Source: an uncultured Gemmatimonadales bacterium
GTDB taxonomy: Bacteria; Gemmatimonadota; Gemmatimonadetes; Longimicrobiales; RSA9
Assembly (NCBI GenBank): GCA_963708135.1
Contig: OY970192.1
Span: forward strand, 4,096,001-4,160,000
Direction of reading: 5' to 3'
Length of the DNA stretch: 64,000 nt
Part shown: positions 1 to 9,738 of the stretch, in pieces
How the letters are laid out: each line of letters begins with the position of its first letter
Position numbering within the stretch: position 1 is the stretch's first letter
Made by a program: the position numbers and the translations under genes
The notes under the pieces: model-generated
What the model was told of the DNA's origin: nothing
Seen by the model: the letters and a program-made list of their open reading frames with translations, nothing else
Databases searched by the model: none

Positions 1-2
1 AC

Positions 3-1640
3 GCGCTCGCCCGCGACCTCTTCGGCGGCGTCCCGGCCTCGGCAAGGCAGGCGGAAGCGGAAGCAGCGGTCGCCGCACGGTGGATGGCGGAGGTCGAGGC
101 CACGCGAGCGTCGCTCGCGGACAAGGGCGCTCTCCCGTTCTTCAGCTTCGGGGTCCACTTCGCGGAGGGGGGAACCGGCGGCTTCGACCTGATCCTCTCG
201 AACCCGCCCTGGGTGCGGGCGCGCCGCTGGCCGGCCGCCGTGGGCCGGCTCGTGCGCACCCGCTACGAGGTCTGCCGCGCGCCCGGCTGGCGTCCCGGCG
301 CCGCGGCCGCGGGCGCTCCTGCGGCGGCGGGTGGGCAGATCGACCTGGCGCTGCTGTTCCTCGAGCGCGCGCTCGGGCTGCTCGCGCCGGGCGGGACGCT
401 CGGCATGGTGCTCCCCGCCAAGGCGCTCCGCTCGCTGTACGGCGCCGGCGGCCGCCGGCTCCTGGTCCGGGGCACGCGCCTCGTCGCCATCGAGGACCAC
501 AGCCTGGACCAGCGCTCGATCTTCCGCGCCGATGCGTTCGCGGCCACGGTGGTGGCGGTGCGGGCCGGGGCCGACACGGGCCGGGGTGGCGGAGCGCTGG
601 GCGCGGGCGGCCCCACCCGCGTCTCCGCCGTCCGCGTCACCATGGTCCGCCGGGATGTCGCGCCGCTCCGCTTCGCGGTCTCGCAGGACGAGCTGCCGCT
701 CGTTCCCGGCGACGTCGACGCGCCGTGGCTGCTGGCGCCGCCGGAGGCATTGGCGGCGCTGCGTCGCATGCAGGCGGCGGGACCGCCGCTCACGGCCGGG
801 ACCGGGCTGCGGGTGCGGCGCGGCATCGTGACGGGCGCGAACGACGTGCTGCTCGTCCCGCACGCGGAGGCCAAGCTCGGCGGGCTCGCGCGGATCCGGG
901 CGCTCGGGGCGAGGAACCAGGCGGCGCCGGCGTTCCAGGCGATGATCGAGGCCGACGCCCTGCGCCCGCTCGTGCGCGGCGCCGGCATCGAGGCATGGAG
1001 CTACCGGGCGGCCGGCCACCTCGTCTGGACGCACGACGACGAGAGCGCCGCGCCGCACCCTCCGCCGCCCCGTGCCGCGCGCTATCTGGCCCGCCACGAC
1101 GCGGCGCTGCGCGCGCGCTCCGGCTGGCACCCCGCCCTCCCCGACGGCGCCGTGTTCAGGGTCACGCCCGACACGCTGCGGCCCAAGGTGGCCTGGCACG
1201 ACCTCTCCGACACGCTGAAGGCGGTCGCGCTGCCGGCGCGGGTGCGGGGCGTGGACGGCCGCGAGCGCCCGCTCATCCCGCTGAACACGGTCTACTTCAT
1301 CCCGGTGGACGACGCGGCCACGGCCCAACTCCTGGCGGCCTACATGAACTCGCTGCCCGTCCGGACCTTCGCCCGGGCCGTGGCGGAGCGCGCCAAGGAC
1401 GCGCGCTTCCGTTTCTTCGCGTGGTGCGTTGCGATGATTCCCCTTCCGGACCGCTGGAGCCGGGGCCCCGCCGCTGCCCGGCTGCTCGCCCTCTCGGCCG
1501 AGGCGCACCGCGCCGGCTGCCTCGCCCCGGAGCGCGCCGCCGAGCTGGACCGGCTCGTGGCGGCGTCCTACCGGCTGGAGCCCGAGCACGTGCAGGCGCT
1601 CGCCCATTTCGACGCCTGGCTTCGCGGGGTGGCGACGTGA
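3..1640 (+). CDS. N6-adenine DNA methyltransferase (Eco57I/TaqI-like, C-terminal part; 5' end outside window)
   Basis: Frame open from nt 3. Motif IV context 'HFAEGGTGGFDLILSNPPWVR', 'DLALLFLERALGLLAPGGTLGMVLP', and a TaqI-like specificity region ('RRGIVTGAND', 'PLNTVYFIP', 'YMNSLPVR'). Confidence 0.85.
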   Translation, partial: ALARDLFGGVPASARQAEAEAAVAARWMAEVEATRASLADKGALPFFSFGVHFAEGGTGGFDLILSNPPWVRARRWPAAVGRLVRTRYEVCRAPGWRPGAAAAGAPAAAGGQIDLALLFLERALGLLAPGGTLGMVLPAKALRSLYGAGGRRLLVRGTRLVAIEDHSLDQRSIFRADAFAATVVAVRAGADTGRGGGALGAGGPTRVSAVRVTMVRRDVAPLRFAVSQDELPLVPGDVDAPWLLAPPEALAALRRMQAAGPPLTAGTGLRVRRGIVTGANDVLLVPHAEAKLGGLARIRALGARNQAAPAFQAMIEADALRPLVRGAGIEAWSYRAAGHLVWTHDDESAAPHPPPPRAARYLARHDAALRARSGWHPALPDGAVFRVTPDTLRPKVAWHDLSDTLKAVALPARVRGVDGRERPLIPLNTVYFIPVDDAATAQLLAAYMNSLPVRTFARAVAERAKDARFRFFAWCVAMIPLPDRWSRGPAAARLLALSAEAHRAGCLAPERAAELDRLVAASYRLEPEHVQALAHFDAWLRGVAT

Positions 1641-4600
1641 ACGGCCCCGCGCCGCCGGTGCCCGCCATACCGCCGGTGCTCCTCCTGGACGAGCGCCGCG
1701 CACCCTCGCTGCGCGACTTCCTGGGCCCCGTGCTCGCCGGGGCGGCGGCGGCGGACTTCGCCATCACGCGCGTTCGGCTGGCCGCCGTCGATCTCGAGCC
1801 GGACGAACTCGCGGGGCTGGTGCGCTGCCGGCTGCTGCTCGGCCGCGTGGACGCGCAGACGCTGGCCGGCACGGAGCGCGACGCCGCCATCCGCCGGGAG
1901 CACGCCCGCCGCCTCCATGGCCTGCGCGCGCTGCTCGCCGCCGGCGCCATCGAGGTGCGCGCCGCCGGAACCGCTGCATGGAGCCCCGACTTCTCGGTTG
2001 TCCACGGCGGCGCGCGCGCCGCTCCCGAGCCGCGCCTCGCCCTGCTGGGCGCTCATTACTTCGCGCGCCCGTTCCCGGTCGGCGGGCCCGCGCTGACCTG
2101 CGTGCTCCGCGACGCCGGCGTGGCACGCTCGTTCGCGGACCGCTTCGAGGAGCTCTGGCGCCGCGGCTACGACATCGCCGCCGTGATCGATGATGCCCTG
2201 GCCCGCATGGCGCCGGGAGGGGAGACGCCGGCGGTGCGGGAGGCCGCGGCGCTCTACCGCGCCGGCGCCGGGAGCATAGCAGAGAAGGCCGGCAGCGAAC
2301 GCACCTTGAAGGACCCCGGCGCCGGACCCGGCGCGGCTCGCCCGCGCGCCGAGCGCACCGCCGGCCGGGGTCTGACACCGGGCGCGCAACCGGATGCCGG
2401 CGGGGGCGATGCCGCCGGGGGGGCGCCTGTCGCCCCGCGCGACGGGTCCGACCGCGGGAAGGGAGGCGCCGCGGCGGCCGTCCTCCGGTGTATGCTCCTG
2501 TCCCGGTTCGGCCCGCCGCCATCGGTCGGCGGGCCGCCGGGCGAGGCGCGCCCGCTGTTCGACCTGGCGGCGTTCCAGCACGAGGCGGTCGAGCGCGCTG
2601 CGACGGCGCTGGCGGCGTGGCGTGGCGTCGTCATCGCGGACGCCGTCGGGCTCGGCAAGACGTACGTCGCGCTAGCGCTGATCGAGCGCGCGGTGCGGGC
2701 CGGCCGGCGCGCCGCCGTGATCGGGCCGGCGGCGCTCCGGAACGAGTGGACGCGGCCGCTCCGGCGGCTGCGGGACGCGTGCGGCTGCGCCTCGATCGGT
2801 CTCGGCGGCGAGGATGGCGGAGGCGCGCCGGCGACGGGCGGCGGGCTCGTCGCCTGGCTGACGCACGCCCGACTCAGCCGCGGCTCCCACCGCCCGGAGC
2901 GCCTGCTCCCGCTGGACCTGGTGGTGGTGGACGAGGCGCACGCGTTCCGCTCGGAGCGCACGCGCCGCTACCACGCGCTGGCGGAGCTCTGCCGGGACGC
3001 GCGCGTCGTGCTGCTCACCGCCACGCCCGTGAACAACGCGCCCGGAGATCTCCGCGCGCTGCTGCGCCTGTTCGCCGCCGATGGCGCGTTCCGCGACGCC
3101 GGCGTGCCGTCGCTCGCGGAGGCGTTCGCGGCGGGGGCGGGCGGCGATGTGGGGCCCGTGCCCATCGCGCGGGTGCTCGAGCGCGTCATGATCCGGCGGA
3201 CGCGGCCGTTCGTGCGCGAGCGCCACGGCGGCGTGCTGCTGCCGGACGGCCGGCGGCTGGCGTTCCCGCGGCGCGCGCCGCCCGTGGCCGTGCGCTACAC
3301 GCTCGATGATGCCCTGCCGGGGTTCGCCGCCGAGGCCGTCGCGCGGATCGAGGCGCTGGCGTTCGCGCCGCTTCGCCTGGGCGCCTACGGCGACGATGCC
3401 GCCGAGGGCGCCGGCGCCGCCGACCTGCTGCGCGTCCACCTGCTCAAGCGGCTCGAGTCCAGCGCCGCCGCGTTCGAGGCGACGCTGCGCCACCAGATCC
3501 GCTTCCTGGAGGCGTTCCTCGATGCCCTCCATCGCGGACGGCTACTCGCCCCGCGCGAGCACGCCGGCCTCCATGCCGGAGACCGGGACGCCGTGCAGCT
3601 CTCGCTCGACACCCTCGTGCTCCGCCGCCTGCCGCCCCGCCTCGAGGTCGAGCGCCTCGATGGCGACGCCGGCGCCGACCTCCACGCCCTGCGCGGCCTC
3701 GCCCGCGCCCTGGCCGGGGCGCCGCCCGGGACGGATCCCAAGCTCGCGGCGCTGCGGACTCTGCTCGACGGCCCGCTCGCCGGCGAGAAGGTGCTCGTCT
3801 TCACCGAGTTCCGCGACACGGCCCGCCACCTCTGGCGCGCGCTGGCGGAGCGCGGTCACGTCGCCCTCATCGACGGCGGCGGCGCTTTCCTCGGCCGGAG
3901 CCCCGCCGGCCGGCGCGAGGTCATCGCCCGCTTCGCGCCGCGCGCGAACGGCCGCCCCGAGCCGCCGCCTCGCGAGCGCGTGGATCTCCTCATCGCCACC
4001 GACGTGCTCTCCGAAGGCCTCAACCTCCAGGACGCGCGCCGGGTGGTCAGCTACGACCTGCCCTGGAACCCCGTACGGCTCATCCAGCGGATCGGCCGGA
4101 TCGACCGCCTCGGCTCCTCCCACGAGACCGTCTACACCTACCATTTCCTCCCCGAGCACGGCCTCGAGCATGCGCTCCGCCTGCTCGAGCGCCTGCGCCG
4201 GAAGATCGTCGCCATCGGCCGGACCGTCGGCGGCGAGGACTCGCCGCTAGCGGGGAGAGGGGCCGGGGCGGCGTGGGCACGCCGCGGCGGGAAGGAGGAG
4301 GCCGGCGGCGGAGGGGTCGGGCAGCTCGAGCCCGGCGCCGGCGCCTCTCTCCTCGACCGCCTGGCCGCCGGCGACCCCGACGTCCTCGACGACATCGAGC
4401 GCGCCGACGCCGCGCCCTTCGAGGCGGAAGAGCGGCTGCGCGCGGCGTGGCGGGCGCTGGCCGCCGGGCAGGATCACAGCCGTGCGGAGATGCACGGCGC
4501 GCCGGAGGTGGCGAAAGGGACCGCAACAGAGCCGGGCGCGCGAGCGCCCGGGGGGGCGGACCGTGACACCGCGGCGGAGACCGGACAGGCGGCCGGTTTG

Positions 4601-5362
4601 GACGTCGCCATCCCGACCGCATCGATGACGCTGGAGGGAAGACACCGGCTGCTGCTGGCACTCGCCGCGGGCGAGGAGAAGCGCTGGCTGGTCTACGATG
4701 TGGCGGACGCGAGGATCGATGCCGACCCGAGGGCCGCGGACGTGCTCGCCGCGGTCGCGCTGGAGCGGGCGCCGTCCGCCGGACTGGAGCGCATGGAAGC
4801 CGCCCCACGCCCGGAAGGCGGGAGCACGGACCGCCTGCCGCCGGCGGGCCCCGCCTCGGACGTGCGGCCGCGCGCCAGCCGCGTCTCGTGGAGGGAGCCG
4901 GTGCCGGACCGGCGACTCCTGGATGGCGCCACCGCCGCGGCGGAGCGAGCGCTTCGAGCCGAGCCTCTCGCCCGGCGCCTGTCGCCGCCCGCCCATCGCT
5001 CGCCCGCCGCCCGCGCCGCACGCCGGGCGATCGGCCTCCTCGCGGCGCTGCCCGGCGGCCCGGACGCGGCGCTCTGCGCGCGGGCCGACGCTGCCCTCGG
5101 GGCCCTCGAGCGGGTCCGCGATGCGGGGACCGAGACCGCGATCGCCGCGCTGCTCGACGGTAAGCTCCGCGGGACCGAGGCCGAGGCCGCGGAGGCGTTC
5201 CTGGGCGGACTCGAAGCCGTCCTTCCGGCGCCGCCGGAGGACGGCGGGAGCGTCGCCTCGAAGGCCCTCCCGTGGCAGCTCATGGCCGCGCTCGAGGTGG
5301 TCCCGCCGGGCGGGCGGCGCGGGCCGTCGGGGGGCCACATCCGGGCATGTGCGTCCGGTTGA
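1637..5362 (+). CDS. SNF2-family helicase with degenerate N-terminal PLD-like domain
   Basis: GTG at 1637 overlaps the MTase TGA (GTGA). Motifs IADAVGLGKT, DEAH, LTATP, KVLVFTEFRDTA, ATDVLSEGLNLQ and YDLPWNPVRLIQRIGRIDR. Confidence 0.85.
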   Translation: MNGPAPPVPAIPPVLLLDERRAPSLRDFLGPVLAGAAAADFAITRVRLAAVDLEPDELAGLVRCRLLLGRVDAQTLAGTERDAAIRREHARRLHGLRALLAAGAIEVRAAGTAAWSPDFSVVHGGARAAPEPRLALLGAHYFARPFPVGGPALTCVLRDAGVARSFADRFEELWRRGYDIAAVIDDALARMAPGGETPAVREAAALYRAGAGSIAEKAGSERTLKDPGAGPGAARPRAERTAGRGLTPGAQPDAGGGDAAGGAPVAPRDGSDRGKGGAAAAVLRCMLLSRFGPPPSVGGPPGEARPLFDLAAFQHEAVERAATALAAWRGVVIADAVGLGKTYVALALIERAVRAGRRAAVIGPAALRNEWTRPLRRLRDACGCASIGLGGEDGGGAPATGGGLVAWLTHARLSRGSHRPERLLPLDLVVVDEAHAFRSERTRRYHALAELCRDARVVLLTATPVNNAPGDLRALLRLFAADGAFRDAGVPSLAEAFAAGAGGDVGPVPIARVLERVMIRRTRPFVRERHGGVLLPDGRRLAFPRRAPPVAVRYTLDDALPGFAAEAVARIEALAFAPLRLGAYGDDAAEGAGAADLLRVHLLKRLESSAAAFEATLRHQIRFLEAFLDALHRGRLLAPREHAGLHAGDRDAVQLSLDTLVLRRLPPRLEVERLDGDAGADLHALRGLARALAGAPPGTDPKLAALRTLLDGPLAGEKVLVFTEFRDTARHLWRALAERGHVALIDGGGAFLGRSPAGRREVIARFAPRANGRPEPPPRERVDLLIATDVLSEGLNLQDARRVVSYDLPWNPVRLIQRIGRIDRLGSSHETVYTYHFLPEHGLEHALRLLERLRRKIVAIGRTVGGEDSPLAGRGAGAAWARRGGKEEAGGGGVGQLEPGAGASLLDRLAAGDPDVLDDIERADAAPFEAEERLRAAWRALAAGQDHSRAEMHGAPEVAKGTATEPGARAPGGADRDTAAETGQAAGLDVAIPTASMTLEGRHRLLLALAAGEEKRWLVYDVADARIDADPRAADVLAAVALERAPSAGLERMEAAPRPEGGSTDRLPPAGPASDVRPRASRVSWREPVPDRRLLDGATAAAERALRAEPLARRLSPPAHRSPAARAARRAIGLLAALPGGPDAALCARADAALGALERVRDAGTETAIAALLDGKLRGTEAEAAEAFLGGLEAVLPAPPEDGGSVASKALPWQLMAALEVVPPGGRRGPSGGHIRACASG

Positions 5363-5387
5363 CCGAGGTGGCGGCCCCGGTTACATT
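5359..5387 (+). promoter_or_regulatory. sigma70-type promoter of tRNA-Asn
   Basis: TTGACC-17 nt-TACATT, 15 nt upstream of the tRNA. Confidence 0.7.
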
Positions 5388-5402
5388 TACCGTCTGAAAA
5401 AT

Positions 5403-5475
5403 TCCCGCGTAGCTCAGTTGGTAGAGCAGATGACTGTTAATCATCGGGTCGCAGGTTCGAGTCCTGCCGCGGGAG
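5403..5475 (+). tRNA. tRNA-Asn(GTT)
   Basis: Acceptor stem TCCCGCG/CGCGGGA, D arm AGCTCAGTTGGTAGAGC, anticodon arm GATGA-CTGTTAA-TCATC, T arm GCAGGTTCGAGTCCTGC. CCA is not encoded. Confidence 0.97.
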
Positions 5476-5480
5476 CTGAC

Positions 5481-5530
5481 GGCCTCAGGAACGCGTTGCG
5501 CCGCAACGGATCCTGAGGCCGTTGTGGTTT
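5481..5530 (+). terminator. hairpin downstream of tRNA-Asn
   Basis: GGCCTCAGGA...CGTTGCG-C-CGCAACG...TCCTGAGGCC followed by GTTGTGGTTT. Confidence 0.6.
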
Positions 5531-6315
5531 CGTTGCGATTTCCCGATGCCGCTCGCGGGCCCTCCGGGGGCAACGTTCCCCCCCAATGCGCGCGCGTCGC
5601 GCGCTCATTCTTCCCGCTCTTATCCGTCTCGTCGGCGCCACGGCTCATGTTCTCCTCCCGGATCGCACGGTATCGGAGCCGGCGGGCAACTGCAAGGCCC
5701 GCTTCGGATGGGACGCCGCACCGCCACCGCTCGCGGGCGCGACCGCATGAGCCGGTGCTCTCCGGCCCGACGCAGGAACGAAAAGTCGGGGCGACCGGCT
5801 CTCCCGGCCCCCGACCCCGTGGACTGCCCAAAGCTGGTTTCAGCGGGACGCGGGTCCGAGAGAGATCGGCAGACGGGGAGAGCGTCCCAGTTCTCGGCTG
5901 AAGCCACTTCACGCGCTGCCGTGACGGTCGGATTTCGGGCCCGTCGCGGGGTCGGGCAGGCGCACGTGCGGACCCCACGGACGGCGGGCTTGGTTTTGTT
6001 CATGGTCGTTACCCACGCTAGGACGCAGGTTGAATCGCTCAGCTCCTGAGGCTGAATCTAGGTCTGAGGCCCCGCCACAAGGCCCGGGTGGGCCTCGGAC
6101 GAGCGAGCATTCGTTCTCCGATCTCCCTGGTCAGAGCCGGCGCCGTGGTGAGCTCGCGCGTTGTGGAGCTGGCTGGCACCCCGCGGGGGGTGAAGATGGG
6201 GCAAGAGTCTCGGAGGCCCTCGTGTTGATTGGCCGGCGTGCGGAGTTCGTAGTGGCGCGCTCTCGGCGTCGACTCGGCGTCTGGTCCCCGGAGCCGCCCG
6301 ACCGGGGGGGAGGAC

Positions 6316-6597
6316 GTGATCGCACGGGTTCGAGCGCCGCCGCCCGGCGCCGAGGTATTCACGAGCGCCATCGCGGCGAACCTCCAGCTCCTGTGTCCCG
6401 AATGCCACATGAACAAGACACTGGCGTCACTCGCGCCCGTGAGTCCCGACGTGGAGGGGTTCGTAGCCATGAAGCTGAAGGCGCACGAGCTGCGACGGCG
6501 GTCCGAGGCCAAACGGCCCCTTCGGGAGTGCGACGATCAGGAGCGCTGGAATACGATCCAGCGTGGTTTAATGGACGAGAGGCGCGCGGGCTGCTGA
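6316..6597 (+). pseudogene. HNH endonuclease C-terminal fragment
   Basis: 'ANLQLLCPECHMNKT' matches the second half of an HNH motif. The first half (CxxC...DH) is not visible upstream. Confidence 0.45.
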
Positions 6598-6614
6598 GAG
6601 GCCGTGCGGCCGCG

Positions 6615-7100
6615 TCAGCGGAAGCGAATCTCTACGACCGGGTGCAGCTCGATCGCGTTCGGCGCGAGGCCGCGCTGGTAGTCGCGGAAATCGAAGAATG
6701 CGGCGCCCGTAACGCGGACGCTCGACGGCCGAATGAACTCGGCGTAGCCGGCCGGCGCCGGTCCGAGTGCCCGCTCGACGGCGTGGCGCGCGCCTGTGAA
6801 CGAAGCGTGAAGGCTCGCCAGCGCGCCGAAGGCGCAGTCCGCGCGCGGGATCTCGGCGATCAGCGTGGTCTTCCGCGTGCCGAGCGCGAGAACCAGGTGC
6901 AGGTCGCCATCCTCCAACGAGGTCCGCCTCGACGGTGCAGACGACGCGCTCCGCCGCGGCGCCCGCGCGCAGGCCGGCGGCGTCGGTCAGGAGCTCCAGG
7001 ACGGCGATCCGGAAATCAGAAAGCGCCGGGTGCGGTTCGATCCGAAGGAGATCCAGGCGGCGCTAGACCCAGACACTGCCGAGGTCCTCGACCGAGGCCC
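6615..7100 (-). pseudogene. degraded conserved hypothetical (OB-fold-like) protein
   Basis: 6615-6917 reads 'EDGDLHLVL..LIAEIP..C..VRVTGAAFFDF..QRGLAPNAIELHPV'. A protein-like upstream part ('ERVVCTVEADLVG') lies in another frame and contains a stop. The 5' boundary is approximate. Confidence 0.45.
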
Positions 7101-7552
7101 CGTCGTCTCCGAACGGCGCGAAAGTCCGCTCTGCGGCCGACACGAAGTCATCATGGTCCGCGCCCTCCGCCGCGTTCGTGATCAGATCGAGGAGAACCGG
7201 AGGTACGGGGCGGCGTGAGGGCGCCAAGCGCCGGCACGTCCGCACCGGGGTCGCGCAAGCGGGTCACGCACCCGTGTAGCCCGAACACCCGGGCATCAAC
7301 TGCGGCGCAAGCACCGGCACCGTGTTTCCCCCTCGGCGGGACGGGTCGGACCGACCGTCTGGCCTCCCTTCCGACGCGCCCCTCGACGAGAAGCCGCCGC
7401 CCCGGCGCCGCCCCTGAGCTTCGTCCAGCCGTTTTTCCGCTTCTACAGTTGATGGCACGGCCGACGGACGAGGGCGGAGCATGGCGCACCGCTGCCTGTC
7501 GGTTCGTCACCCAACCCGGGGAGCACGCTCCCGAAACCGAAGGGAGGTATCC

Positions 7553-8101
7553 ATGCCCGTCCATGCACGCGCCGCAACCGCGACGGTGGCCCTGGCACTC
7601 GCGCTGGTGGCCTGCAACGACACCGTCACGCCGGACGCACCCGCCGTACAGGCTCCCCGCGCCGACGTGGCCGCGAGCAGCGGCGGCGACCACGCGCTCG
7701 TCAACGGCAGCGAGATCCAGTGGGGGCCGGCGCTTCCCTGCTTCCCGGCGGGCGCGGAGCTGGCCGTGGTCGGGGGCAATCCGTTCGAGGCCGGGAAGGT
7801 CTGGACCGTCCGACTCCTCCTCCCGAGCGGTTCCGCGATCGACCCGCACTGGCATCCCACGGACGAGAACGTCACCGTGCTGAGCGGCACGCTCCTGTTC
7901 GGCCACGGGGAGCACTTCGACGAGACCACGATGACCGCGTACGGCAGGGGCGGGTTCTTCACGGCGCCCGCGGGCATGCCTCACTACGTGCAGGCGGTCG
8001 GTCGCACCGAGGTCCAGGTCCACGGGGTGGGACCCTTCGCCCTCGTGTACGTGGAGCATACCCACGGCAACATCCCGGACTGCCCGGTGCCTGCGTCCTG
8101 A
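7553..8101 (+). CDS. cupin-domain lipoprotein (DUF4437-like)
   Basis: RBS GGAGG, lipobox LALVAC, cupin motifs PHWHPTDENVTVLSG and PAGMPH. Confidence 0.8.
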   Translation: MPVHARAATATVALALALVACNDTVTPDAPAVQAPRADVAASSGGDHALVNGSEIQWGPALPCFPAGAELAVVGGNPFEAGKVWTVRLLLPSGSAIDPHWHPTDENVTVLSGTLLFGHGEHFDETTMTAYGRGGFFTAPAGMPHYVQAVGRTEVQVHGVGPFALVYVEHTHGNIPDCPVPAS

Positions 8102-8121
8102 AGGGGAGGAGCCCGGTGGGT

Positions 8122-8156
8122 CCCGGGGGGCGGCCGCCCATCGGCCGCCCCCCGGG
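8122..8156 (+). terminator. GC-rich hairpin after cupin gene
   Basis: 15-bp perfect inverted repeat CCCGGGGGGCGGCCG/CGGCCGCCCCCCGGG. No U-tract. Confidence 0.5.
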
Positions 8157-8368
8157 CTACGCAGCCCGCGGATCACGGCGGAGCCCCTCGAATCCCGGCT
8201 CGACCCGCGCACGCGGTACACATCGGTACACATCGGATGCCGCTGCCGCACCGACGCCGGTCCCCTCCGGTACGGCTCTTGATCAGAGGCCCGGCGTGAG
8301 GGCAGGCGGGGCTCGCGGCCGGCACGGCCGGCGCGGCTCCGCATGGCGATCTCCGACGCGAGGAGCCG

Positions 8369-9664
8369 ATGGCCACCGGGCAGCGCGGGGCGGAGCGGAA
8401 GTCGGTCTGGGAGCTGTTCACGGAGCGGCGCATGGTGGCGCTGCTGCTGCTCGGCTTCTCCTCGGGCATGCCGCTCTACCTCATGACGCGGACGCTCCAG
8501 GCGTGGATGACGGTGGCGAAGGTGGACCTCGGCACCATCGGCTTCTTCAGCCTGGCCGCGCTCCCCGTCTCGCTCAAGTTCCTGTGGGCGCCCGTCCTCG
8601 ACCGCTACGTGCCGCCGATCCTCGGGCGCCGGCGCGGCTGGCTGCTGATCACGCAGGTGGCGCTGCTCATCGCGATCGCGGCCATGGGGCTGCACGACCC
8701 GCGCATCGGGCTGGCGGCGCTGGCCGCGAACACGGTGCTGATCGCGTTCCTCAGCGCGTCGCAGGACATCGTGGGCGACGCGTACCGCACCGACCTGCTC
8801 GAGGAGCGGGCCATGGGCGCCGGCGCGGCCGTGTGGGTGCTCGGCTACCGCATCGCGCTCCTCGTCACCGGCTCGCTCGCCTTCGTGCTCGCCGACCACA
8901 TCGGCTGGCGGCTGACCTACGCGCTCATGTCGCTGCTCATGCTGGTGGGCATCGTCACGGACTTCTGGGCGCCGGAGCCCGCGGGCGAGAACCGGCCCCC
9001 GGCCAGCCTCTACCAGGCCGTGTGGCTGCCCTTCCGCGACTTCTTCCAGCGCGCCGGGACCTGGACCGCGATCCTCATCCTGGTCTTCGTCGTCCTCTAC
9101 AAGCTGCCCGACAACCTGGCCATCGGCATGTCCACGCCGTTCCTGCTCCAGATGGGGTTCACGGAGACGGAGATCGGCACGGTGGTGGGCGCGGTCGGGC
9201 TGGGCGCGACGATCGTGGGGTCGCTGGTGGGCGGCGGGGTGGTGGAGCGGCTGGCGCTGAACCGCTCGCTGTGGGTGGTGCTGGTGGGACAGGCGCTCAG
9301 CCAGCTCGGCTACCTCGCCCTCGCCCTGCGCGGCCACAGCTTCCCGTTCATGGTCGCGGCGGTCGTGCTCGAGAACTTCGTCTACGGCATGGTGACCACC
9401 GTCTTCATCGCCTACCTCATGAGCCTGTGCAGCAAGCGCTTCTCGGCCACGCAGTACGCCCTGCTGTCGAGCCTCATGGCGGTGAGCCGCGACCTCTTCA
9501 TCTCGCCGGCGGGAGAGCTGGCCAAGGCGACCGGCTGGTCCGGCTTCTTCCTGGTCGCGCTCGTCTCCGGCATCCCGCCGCTCCTCATGCTGCCCTGGCT
9601 CGCCCCCTGGCGCGGCGAGCACCCCACGGGCGCCGCGGAGCACACGGGGGCGCAGGCGGCCTGA
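8369..9664 (+). CDS. ampG: AmpG-family muropeptide MFS transporter
   Basis: LLGFSSGMP, LKFLWAPVLDRY, GRRRGW, SASQDIVGDAYR and FSATQYALLSSL. Confidence 0.88.
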   Translation: MATGQRGAERKSVWELFTERRMVALLLLGFSSGMPLYLMTRTLQAWMTVAKVDLGTIGFFSLAALPVSLKFLWAPVLDRYVPPILGRRRGWLLITQVALLIAIAAMGLHDPRIGLAALAANTVLIAFLSASQDIVGDAYRTDLLEERAMGAGAAVWVLGYRIALLVTGSLAFVLADHIGWRLTYALMSLLMLVGIVTDFWAPEPAGENRPPASLYQAVWLPFRDFFQRAGTWTAILILVFVVLYKLPDNLAIGMSTPFLLQMGFTETEIGTVVGAVGLGATIVGSLVGGGVVERLALNRSLWVVLVGQALSQLGYLALALRGHSFPFMVAAVVLENFVYGMVTTVFIAYLMSLCSKRFSATQYALLSSLMAVSRDLFISPAGELAKATGWSGFFLVALVSGIPPLLMLPWLAPWRGEHPTGAAEHTGAQAA

Positions 9665-9738
9665 GGCGAGGCGCCCCCGTGGCCCGCGCCCGCCGCGGGG
9701 GCGCGCGCGGGCGGCGAGGCGCGCGGCGGCGACGTCGC

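Noticed and set aside
80..1636. N-terminal ~520 aa of the 1760-aa ORF 80..5362
   Set aside because: Arg/Gly/Pro-rich off-frame shadow of the MTase; the helicase plausibly starts at GTG 1637.
6320..6350. GGGTTCGAG as a tRNA fragment or att site
   Set aside because: No paired T-stem and no identity to the tRNA-Asn 3' end.
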